This document shows positions 45,401 to 54,885 of a DNA stretch of 64,000 nt, piece after piece. Position 1 is the first letter of the stretch. Every line of letters starts with the position of its first letter. Origin of the DNA: Paraspadella gotoi (taxonomy: Eukaryota > Animalia > Chaetognatha); contig CM119263.1 of assembly GCA_051294375.1 (NCBI GenBank), positions 15,664,532-15,728,531 of the forward strand. The letters are read 5' to 3'. Under the pieces are notes generated by a model. The model had not been told where the DNA came from and did no database searches. It was given only the letters and a program-made list of their open reading frames with translations. Both the position numbers and the translations under genes were made by a program.

Positions 45401-46101
45401 GATATTATGATTTTTCATTAATGACTTTCTAACAGAAATGATGTGTGATATCTATTAGAAACTAGGACAGATAGTAATCTAACCTTGTGTTGTATAGATG
45501 CTCCCTCTATTTCCAGAAGACAACACTGACTTCCCCTTCCCAAATTGAATTATTAGATAAATAAAACATTTTTAAGAAAGAAAGCAATATATATTTGATT
45601 AAATAATAAGATTAATACTATATCCTTCATAAAATAGAAAAATAGAAAATAGGTGAAACAAGTAATTTGCAAATTTTCATAATAAAGAACAACAACACAA
45701 CACAACTAGCAATACGCACTATGAAGTTGTAAGCAACACTACATCCTAACTAGTAACCCGACAGCTTTTTATTTTTCGTTTTATTGTATTTTTGACGGAA
45801 TTAGACATAGTTTTAGCTTATATTTTTTTAATAATAATTTGGTATTACTTCTACCGGCTTGCAGTACTTAATTACGTGTTTGCTCCATTGAATTACGAAA
45901 TATGTTGGCATCACCATCCAACGAGCTTACCATCATCGATGCCCAAAGGTGATGACGATCTCACTGGTGTCGCACAAGAGTCCGAAAAGCGAAGACACGC
46001 CTCCGGAGGACGAGGAGGCCAACCGGGCCGTCTCCAAGGAAAAGGCGGAGATGCTCGTCAAGGTGTTGGAGAAGTTCATCAAGAATCTCGATCTGTTGTG
46101 A
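42485..46101 (+). CDS. PNP: purine nucleoside phosphorylase (trimeric PNP family)-like protein, about 370 aa; exons 42485-42728, 42971-43132, 43224-43303, 43381-43558, 43737-44032, 45949-46101
   Basis: The spliced frame (1113 nt) gives IGIMSGRGLGGLAD, YKEIPHF, VMMQGRFPPYEG, LPVRVMRMLG, GDFVLIRDHINLPG..HPLKGFNDDRLGPRFPD, GPAYLTPAE, GADVVGMS and GMKVMTISLVSH. Catalytic positions are substituted. Confidence 0.88.
44076..45677 (+). mobile_element. 5'-truncated Penelope-like retroelement in PNP intron 5, with 14-bp TSD
   Basis: RT C-terminal half: GIPIG..IANMLL, RYIDD, IYP, YLDI, YDKRDSF, GVFISQLIRYARICS, KLQSQGY. One frameshift near 44360 and stop at 44690. cataataaagaaca is duplicated at 44062-44075 and 45678-45691. 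Confidence 0.85.
45044..45150 (+). ncRNA. hammerhead-ribozyme-like motif with permuted strand order
   Basis: CTGATGA 45132-45138, GAAA 45104-45107 and a UH site (AUA, 45085-45087). Stem III tggat/atcca is extended by cctatacc/ggtatagg, stem I is ttggga/tcccaa, and ggctc pairs with gagcc. Located in a Penelope-like 3' region. Confidence 0.5.
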
Positions 46102-48328
46102 AGTACGGTGAAGATGGGATGATCGACAGAGGCGATAAATTCATTGAACTCAAACGATTTCAAAGATAAGAAAATTGATTTTGTTTTTGTATATTGCGAC
46201 CAAACGTTACAATTTAAATATAATCAACTGAAATTACGCGTGGTAATTTTATTGTATTAACTACGTATTGTTGTGTCGGAGCATTGTGGGGAACGTTTGG
46301 TGAAGATCAATCTAAATAATCTCGAGCGATTGAGTAAGGTAATTTGTACTAGGAGTTTCACAAGAGGTCGAATAGTTTGTATTGTAGTCAGACCCAAGTC
46401 CACTGCCCAGAAAGGCGGCTATCAGACTGTGACTGTCAGACGTGAAAATCAGACTCACGATTGGCCATGGACATCAAAGTACCCAGCACCATTTGTCACA
46501 AGCAGCCAAGCAGCTCTCCCGTGTTCAGACGGAGCGAGGCATAACAAGATTTAGTTATGAGGAAAAATTCAAGAGGTCGCCCGCCGTCAAAACGTGTCTT
46601 CATTTTGTGTTATCGACGGCAAAAGAACAACTACGATTGATGTCACGCACCCTACCTGGCGACTGAGGGCTTAGCAAATATCTTAATTAATATTCTATAC
46701 TATAGAATAAAATTATTCTAATTCTTAATCTTTCTCACAATGACTTTTTGTTGGAACTTTGGAATTTTCACTAGCTTTCTTATCATAATAAATGAAAGGA
46801 CATAAATATTTGCTAAAATCAATTTTTCTTTAATAAGGGAAGAAATACTTTTCCTGTCTGTATCTTAAAATAAATATTGTGAAAGAAATCTGATATATTA
46901 AGTTGGTAATCAATAGATCAATATCAAATATATTTTTAACGAATTTGCCCGGGCCAGGAGATCCCAATAAAATCTAAATTAATATCAATATTTTTTTATA
47001 AGTAAGAATCCTTTTTTATTTTATTAATCAGCGAAAGGTCTAAATATTTTGACTCTACTCTCTTCACTGTTGCCAAGGTATAGGGTGTAGACTATTTTTA
47101 AGCATAGGAAAAAACAGTTTTATTGTGCAACAACGATTTTTATTATAGATCGGACAAGTTACGACTCTGTATTAAGAGTCTTCTTCAGCGATTTTTTTTG
47201 GTTTAAAAAAATAATGGTATGTCGAGAATTCTTATTTACAAATATTTTAACATTAGTATTTTATAGCCCATAAAATTCTTAAGCATGAAGTCAGAAAGAA
47301 ATTCACAGGGCGTCTTCTGAAAGTTTGCTTCTTCTTACAGTAGATAATTAAGCATAATACAATTAAATTTTTGCCACTGACCTTTTTTCAGGTATTATTA
47401 ATTAATCAATTAGTAACTCTTTTCTATGAAATTGGCACAACCAATTTTGAATATATTGAAGCGGAGAGAAACGAAATTTTAAAGCAACTAACTTTGTTTA
47501 TTGTTTTTAATTTAAATATTAAATATTAATTTCTTTTTTGGTTCTTACATGCCATCAGAAAATTAATTAAAATTAATTAATATACTAATTTTTTTTAATA
47601 ACAACGCAATGTTTTGAAGACTCTTGTCCTACTCCAAGAATAATATTTTAAATCGTCTCAAAAGAAATTGAGTTTTAAGATTTTGTAATTTTATAATTCA
47701 TTTATTTATTTTTATTTCTGTCACTACTGACAATAGTATTGTTGCTGTTCATTAATCAGGGCAATTGCAGTCAGTAAAACTGCGCGGCGAAAAGTTAGAA
47801 GTCACCATCCTTCATCTTGATTTTTGCCAAAATTAGGGGTAGCCGCACTCAATGGGGTGAGTCAAAAATTTAGAGTGAGTACATGCTCAAACGAATATTT
47901 AGACATTTTAAAGAATACTTTCAATGGACAAAAAATTTCTAATATGGCTCTATACTCTAGTAATTATTTTTTAATATTTATTTATAGATACCAAAAATTT
48001 TTTTAGAATTTTTAAATTTTAAGACCAGATTCAGATACCTCATAAAAAGTTGTCTACACGAAGTATAATTATTTTTTAAATATTTTTATGATAAGTGTGT
48101 CAAAAATATGAAAAACCATAAAAAATCATCATCATCATCATCTTTCGATGATTTTATTATTTTTTTTATATTTTCACTGAGAAAACGTAAGAATTTTTAA
48201 AAGCTGTAATTATATTTCTTGTTAAACTTTTTATGCTCTATCAGAATCCATCAAAAAATCTTCAGATTTCCAAAAAAAATGTTTTGCTCTATATAGTAAT
48301 ATAATATTTTATAAAATTAAATTTAATT

Positions 48329-48371
48329 AGTCTCTCTGGAGGCGTGGGTTCGAATCCCACCACTGCCACCA
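48329..48371 (+). pseudogene. 3' part of tRNA-Leu including CCA (primer-binding-site-like on the minus strand)
   Basis: agtctctctggaggcgtgggttcgaatcccaccactgcca+cca matches the variable arm, T arm and acceptor strand of metazoan tRNA-Leu. The 5' half is absent. Confidence 0.85.
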
Positions 48372-48713
48372 CATTTAAGGAAAAACTCATGGATTTCTAG
48401 GGACGAAATCAAAGATGAGATTTATTCTGAGAATAAGGATGACGGTGAGACGCACGCAGGAGTCTTGATCAATGATCCTGAAACCAAGGAAAGCTAGGTC
48501 TATTTATATCTGAGAGAGAGGATCAGAGGCAAGAGTGATTTTGACAATTTTATGGATTCTGCAAGCTGATTGGTCGATTCCGGTTCCCTGCTTGACCAAT
48601 CAGGATTCGGCGATTCCATTTCCGCGGAGATCGTCCGATCCTCCGATCCGGTTTCACTTTTGGTGAGACTGATACTCCTGCGATGGTACCCTCAGAATAA
48701 AGCATTTTTGACA
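48372..48713 (-). mobile_element. LTR-like unit (about 340 bp) followed by a tRNA-Leu PBS
   Basis: On the minus strand: TGTCA start (48713), a pair of oppositely oriented CCAAT boxes (48569-48573, 48596-48600), TATAAATA (48501-48508), AATAAA (48421-48426), then TGGTGGCAGTGGTGGGAT. The terminal CA is not clear. Confidence 0.6.
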
Positions 48714-48871
48714 AAATATATTTGAATACTATAATCTATGGTCATGTATACATTTGCATTTAAATTTCATCGGCTATGGCTAGCAAAGAATTTTGACATG
48801 TCATGCAAAAGGCTTTAATTAACAGTAGTTGCTGTTTAATTTTTTTTATATCGATCAAAAGAAAATTTAAC

Positions 48872-50143
48872 CTAGTATGGCAACAGCCGGGTTGCCTGTG
48901 ATGCCCATTGGGATGGGGCATCTCACTGTTGGCTTTGGGGGCTTCCGACCCTCAGTGACGCCTCCAGTCACTGGCGCGCGGTTACCCTAGGACGGTTCCG
49001 CTTTGCCAACGCAGAGGGAAAGGACTGTGGATGGAAACACTACGCCTGGGATGGTGTGTTCCCCCTCTGAGCCAATGGATTTGGCTGACGGATGGTGGAC
49101 GTGAGGCGGTGTGAATATACCCGCCACAGGATCCCCGGCCAAGACATCACTCAGGTTCCTCAAGCTGAGAGGTGTCTGACAAGAACTGTTACCATAGTGG
49201 GAGAGAGAGAGAGCGCGAGTTGTGGGGGCAATAGGCGTTGTCGTAGCGTACCCCAGGGCATAGGCGTTTTTGTCGTAGCGTACCCGAAAGGGTCGGCAGG
49301 CATAGGCGTTTGTCGTAGCGTACCCTGAGAAGGTTGCGTGTTCGATAGTAGTGGCTCACCACTTATGGCAACGGGAGGATAGCCTGTGATACCCGGGGCG
49401 CGGCGGGTATCTCACCAACTGGCGTAGGGGCTGCGGACCCTCAGTGACCGCCTCCTGTCACTGGCATGTTTATACCGGCAGCCGTCACATTTAAGCCAGA
49501 ACCGGGATACCCAGGGATTGAACCGGGACGCGACGATGGAATTGAGATATTTAGCCTGCTCAGCCTTGAGACGAGCGCTGAACGGGACAGCTAGTGAGGC
49601 AGCTTATTAAAGTCTTTACTGGCCACAGGATCCCCCCACCAGACTTCTCCACAGGGCCTCAATCCTGAGGAGATGCTGAAGAGAAAGGTTTTGAATCTCA
49701 TTGCCAATACTGAGAGCGACCGGCGAGCGGCAGCGAGCGAGTCTGGACGCTTACCGAGAAGTAGGCATAGGCGTGAAATAAGCATACCCTAAAGCGACGT
49801 AAACGTGGGCGCACGGATGCGCAGCGGTCTGCGTGTTCGAGAGTATGGGCTCACACACTTATGGGCAACGGGAGGTTAGAGCCTGTGATAACCCGGGGGC
49901 GCGGGGTATTCTCACCACTTGGCGGTAGGGCTGGGACCCCTCAGTTGAACCGCCTTCCTGTCACTTGCATGTTTATAACCGCGCCAACCGTCACAATTTA
50001 AGCCAGAACGGGATACCCAGGGAATTGAACCCGGGAACGCACGAGCTGGATGGAATGAAGATGATTTAGCTGCTCAGCCATTGAGACGAGAGCTGAGGAC
50101 GGAAGGCAGTGAGGCGCAGATTTAAGTCTTGCTGCCACACTAG
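48872..50143. repeat. tandem array of three structured units (period about 490 bp)
   Basis: Cores at about 48876-49136, 49364-49636 and 49860-50140 share ggcaac..gcctgtgat(g/a)ccc..ggg(c/t)atctcac..gaccctcagtgac..gtcactgg..gtgaggc..gccaca, with indel variation in unit 3. Confidence 0.85.
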
Positions 50144-50249
50144 TTTCCAAAAATAGTCTCTTTTTTCTTCTATCTTTAACCGTTTTCGTGGTGTAAGCAC
50201 TAAGTTAGTCCCATTAGACCTTGACCTCCCTGTAGGTGAAGGACCGAGG

Positions 50250-50420
50250 GTTACGGATTAGGTTATGGATTAGGTTATGGATTTGGTAATGGATTAGTTT
50301 ATGGTCTTGGTTATGGATTAGGTTATGGATTATGTTATGGATTTGGTTAGTGATGAGAGTTAGGGATTAGGGTTAGGGACCAGATTTAAGGGTCAGGGGT
50401 CCCGTTGGTCATTAAGTTCA
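50250..50420 (+). repeat. 12-bp (GGATTAGGTTAT)n minisatellite grading into degenerate TTAGGG
   Basis: About 8 copies of ggattaggttat variants followed by ttagggattagggttaggg. Confidence 0.8.
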
Positions 50421-52126
50421 TTAAGTCATTTAGGGTTATGATTAAGGATTAAAATAGCGTGATTGTATGAAATCGGTACAACCAATATAAAAATTATCCA
50501 TTCATTTAATAAATAAGCTATCTTGCCCCTGACTATATTAGAAATTAAGTACAGACCTAAAATTAAACACAAATTTCTCTCATTGCATTGTATTGGTGAA
50601 AGACAAGCCGTCTTTCGCACCTTTCCGATTCGACCTGTATATTTTTTCAATCTTGTTTTCACAATCCATCACGATCTCACTTCCTCTTTCACCATGGACA
50701 GATCTTGTTAGCAAAGATCCTCATCGTCTCCTTAATTATTTTTTTTTAACTTTTTCTCATTTTCATTCGATTTCCTCGATTTCTGCTCAACATGAATCTT
50801 ATTTTAATTAACTTTAATATTTGTTTCTCACGCTTAAATTTGATTCTCCTTAGTAATTGTTTCTTTATGTAATTCTTTCTTCGCCTTTTTATTAATTTTC
50901 TCTTCATTTTTCTTTTTTTTCTTTTCGACCAGTTCTAATGATCCCGCTTTAAGTTTCTAACTTCTACTCTCACTTAAACCTTCACCTTTATTCCCCATAT
51001 AAATCTATACCCATATTCTCCTCATTCTCCGATCTTTTTTTATACCAGATCTTCCTCTTCCTCCACCTCCTCCTCCTCTTCTCGTTTCTCCTTTCATTCC
51101 TCCTCATCCTCATCTTCTTCCTCCTCGCTCCTCCTCTTCCCCTCCTCCTCCTCCTCGTTTTTCCCGCCGTTCGGAATCCCACGACGACTAAAGACTCTCT
51201 GAGTCAAAAAAAAAAAAAAAACTTGTCTTTTTTATTTTTTTATTTTTTATTTAAATTAATATTTGTTTTAAAAAAATTTATGATTTTAGTTCCATGATTT
51301 TTGCTTTCTTAATATTCAAACAAGTTTCTTTTTTCATTCGCTCCTCAGCATTTTCTGCTTCCGGCCAAACTGATATACGATTTCCAGTTGTTGAAAAAAT
51401 ATACTTTTCTCATTGGAGTTCGCCAAAAAAAAAAATGATTGGAAAGAATTATTTATCTAATCGCTGAAAAACAAACGTTCGAATTTCGCGTTCGACTCTA
51501 TCGTCGTATCGAGTTCAAATCATCTCAATAAAATTCGTTCACCAAAAAAAAATGTTTTTTAAATTATAAAATAATGAAATAACTCAAATTAAAAGTTATT
51601 GTAATAATCACGGTTGTAAATCACCTAAATCGGCGTTTTTTGGCGAAACAAAAACGTTCGTCATCTCGTGCCCTCAGTTGTAACGTTACAGATTAAAAAC
51701 AAAACAAAAACAGAACGAATGAAAAATCGACGTAAACACCATTTCAGAGCTCGTAGAAATCAATGGACTTAATTGACGAAAATCCTTTTGTTAAAAGTTA
51801 ATTTAAATTTTTTTTTTTCAAATTTACTTTCAAAAATTCTCTCTCTCTCTTTCTCTTCTCTCTGACAAAGACCAAATAGTTTCACTCCGAGGTAGTAAAA
51901 CGTTTCTGTTACTCGATCTCCCCTCGTGACTTTAAGCCTTTGATGTCAAAACAAAAAAAAATTCGTGTTCGTTTTTTTTTTTCTTCGCTTTTGGTAATTT
52001 TTTTTTCCAATTGATTGCCATCGACTTTAATTTATACTTGGGCGTGGGATCTTGTTTTCAAACAGGGGTGATTCACCCCTTAAAACACATCTCTTCGTTA
52101 TTCAGAATTTACGGGTGTGACCGAAT

Positions 52127-54000
52127 TTACTTTTTCGAGTAAAAAAAATTATATGATGAAAGAACGAAGTTTAAATAAATGAAGGAGAGAGAAAGAAAAG
52201 GGAGAGAGAGAGAGAAAAGAGAGAAATTGAGAGACGGATCACCTCAGCTCGATTCGGGTTTGTCAGCGCCGGTCACTACCGGGTCAAGGAATTAATAAAA
52301 TCATATAAAATTCTCTCACGAAGAGAAAAAGTTTCCTTGACGGTCGAGGTCCGCTCAAAGGGTCGAGGGTTAAATAACGTTTCGTCACTTTTTTTTTTCA
52401 ATACACACGAGAACCCGGTTAAAACGAAAACTCCGAGTTTCAGCTGCGGTTGTTCAACTCTCAATCGGCCCAAATTGAGATATAACGTAGCGAATTGAAC
52501 TAAGAGCTCGACCCGGTTGTCTTTTGGCTACTGCAAACTTGCTTTCAAAAGTCTGTCTCATCTTCGGTGCCGTCGGGAAGCGAACGATGCTGACACCATT
52601 GACATAGTTTTCTTTTTTTTCGACAATAAAATGAAAAAAGCGACATCCCGTCATCCCCCCGAGTTGAGATTTTTCGTTTTTAACATGTATTTTTCCTTCT
52701 TTTCGTCAGATTATCTCTGTTTTTTTTAAATTTTAAATATTCTTCTTTAATTTCCCGATTTTTCCCTTCTTTTTCTCTCTCTCTCTCTCATCTCTCTCCT
52801 CTCTCTCTCCTCTCTCCTCTCTTCTTCTCTCCTCTCTCTTCTCTCTCTCTCTCTCTCTCTCTCCTCTCTTAACTTCAACTGCATTTGAGAAATTTAAATT
52901 TATATCTTAGCGACAGGAACGAAATAATAAATGTCGTCGACGACGAGAAAAAGTCACGTGAGTATGAAATTAATATGATTTTACCACTCGAAGTTCGGCT
53001 TGACAAATACGCGAATTTCCGAAAAAGTTCAATGACTGTACGTGGGCGCGTTTTTCGTATATCAACATGATCAACATATCAACATATCGTCCTCACCAGC
53101 TTTTGTTCTCTCTCCAATCAGATTTCTAAAGTCTGATCGGATCACATGTGTCGACCGCGAGTTCTCTCGACGATCGGGCGAACAGTACAACGTCGAGGTC
53201 GCTCTTTAAACCAAAAAGTAACGACGATTCGATTGGGTTTTGTCGCCAAAAAAATTAAAACGGCCCGTCGCGGATTACCGAAATGTGTCGAAAACCGGGA
53301 CATGTTGTCATGAAGCGCGTACCGCTTTGGNNNNNNNNNNNNNNNNNNNNNNNNNTTACTTTTTCGAGGTAAAAAAAAATTATATGATGAAAGAAACGAA
53401 GTTTAAATAAATGAAGGAGAGAGTAAGAAAAGGGGAGAGAGAGAGAGAAAAAGAGAGAAATTGAGAGAACGGATCACCTCAGCTCGATTCGGGTTTGTCA
53501 GCGCCGGGTCACTACCGGGTCAAGGAGATTAATAAAATCATATAAAATTCTCTCACGAAGAGAAAAAGTTTCCTTGACGGTCGAGGTCGCTCAAAGGGTC
53601 GAGGGGTTAAAATCGTTTCGTCACTTTTTTTTTTCATACAACGAGAACCCGGTTAAAACGAAAACTCGAGTTTCACTCGCGGTTGTTCAACTCTCAATCG
53701 GCCCAAATTGAGATATAACGTAGCGAATTGAACTAAGAGCTCGACCCGGTTCTTTCGGCTCTGCACTTGCTTCAAAAGTCTGTCTCATCGTCGGTGCCGT
53801 CGGGAAAGCGAACGATGCTGACACCATTGACATAGTTTTCTTTTTTTTTCGACAATAAAATGAAAAAAGCGACATCCCGTCATCCCCGAGTTGAGCATTT
53901 TTCGTTTTTACATGTATTTTCCTTCTTTTCGTCAGATTATCTCTGTTTTTTTTAAATTTTAAATATTCTTCTTTAATTTCCCGAATTTTTCCCTTCGTTT

Positions 54001-54031
<31 letters not shown>

Positions 54032-54550
54032 TCTCTCTCTCTCCTCTCTCTTCTCTCCTCTCTCTTCTCTCTCTCTCTCTCTCTCTTTAACTTCAACTGC
54101 ATTTGGAAATTTAAAATTTATACTTAGCGACAGGAACGAAAATAATAATGTCGTCGACGACGAGAAAAAAGTCACCGATGATATGAAATTAAATATGATT
54201 TTTACCCACTCGAGTTCGGCTTGACAAATACGCGAATTCCGAAAAAGTTCAATGACTGTACCGGTGGGCGCTTTTCGTATATCAACATATCAACATATCG
54301 TTCCTCACCCAGCTTTTGTTCTCTCTCCAATCAGATTTAACTGAAATTGAGTCTCGATCGGATCACATCGTGTCGACCGCGAGTTCTCTCGACGATCGGG
54401 CGAACGTCAACGTCGAGGTCGCTCTTTAAACCAAAAAAGTAACGACGATTCGATTGGGTTTGTCGCCAAAAAAATTAAAACGGCCCGTCGCGGATTACCG
54501 AATGTCGTCGAAAACCGGGACATGTTGTCATGAAGCGCGTACCGCTTTGG
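52127..54550. repeat. 1.2-kb direct duplication across an N gap (52127-53330 vs 53356-54550), probably an assembly artefact
   Basis: The copies abut the 25-N gap (53331-53355) exactly and differ mainly by 1-bp indels. Confidence 0.8.
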
Positions 54551-54845
54551 CGTAGATCCCGACCGCCCTTTCTCTCCGGGGATCCATGCACCGCGCCGTC
54601 CTATCCGTTCCCCGAGCTGCATAGCGGCGCAGCGCGTCCCGGTAACGCGGAGACTCGATTGTTAATTTGAATTATTTTCCGCTTCGCTCGTTTTTTTAGT
54701 TTTTATTGTCGTCGCTTCGGAAAGCGATTCGCTCCCAGGACGACGGCGACGACGACGACAAGATGTGGACAACAACGAAAAAAAAACCAAAAAAAAGACG
54801 AATCGATCTCAATTTTTTTCTCATTAAAATTCTTATCTCTTTATA

Positions 54846-54885
<40 letters not shown>

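Noticed and set aside
48329-48371. Functional tRNA-Leu gene
   Set aside because: The 5' half (D arm, anticodon) is absent and CCA is encoded, indicating a reverse-transcribed fragment.
48872-48896. Helitron 3' end (minus-strand GGCAAC..GTTGCC hairpin then CTAG)
   Set aside because: The hairpin is only 3 nt from CTAG, and neither feature is conserved in units 2 and 3. Kept only as a weak alternative.
48935-49020. HDV-like ribozyme fit in unit 1
   Set aside because: No convincing P1 helix, and the putative P3 extends as a simple 7-bp hairpin.
49231-49325. CRISPR-like repeat-spacer pattern
   Set aside because: Only three repeats, spacers of about 5-15 nt, no cas genes, eukaryotic context.
50250-50420. 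True telomere
   Set aside because: Short, degenerate and interstitial.
52127-54550. Biological tandem duplication
   Set aside because: Copies meet exactly at a scaffold gap and differ by indel-type noise, so unmerged contig ends are more likely.
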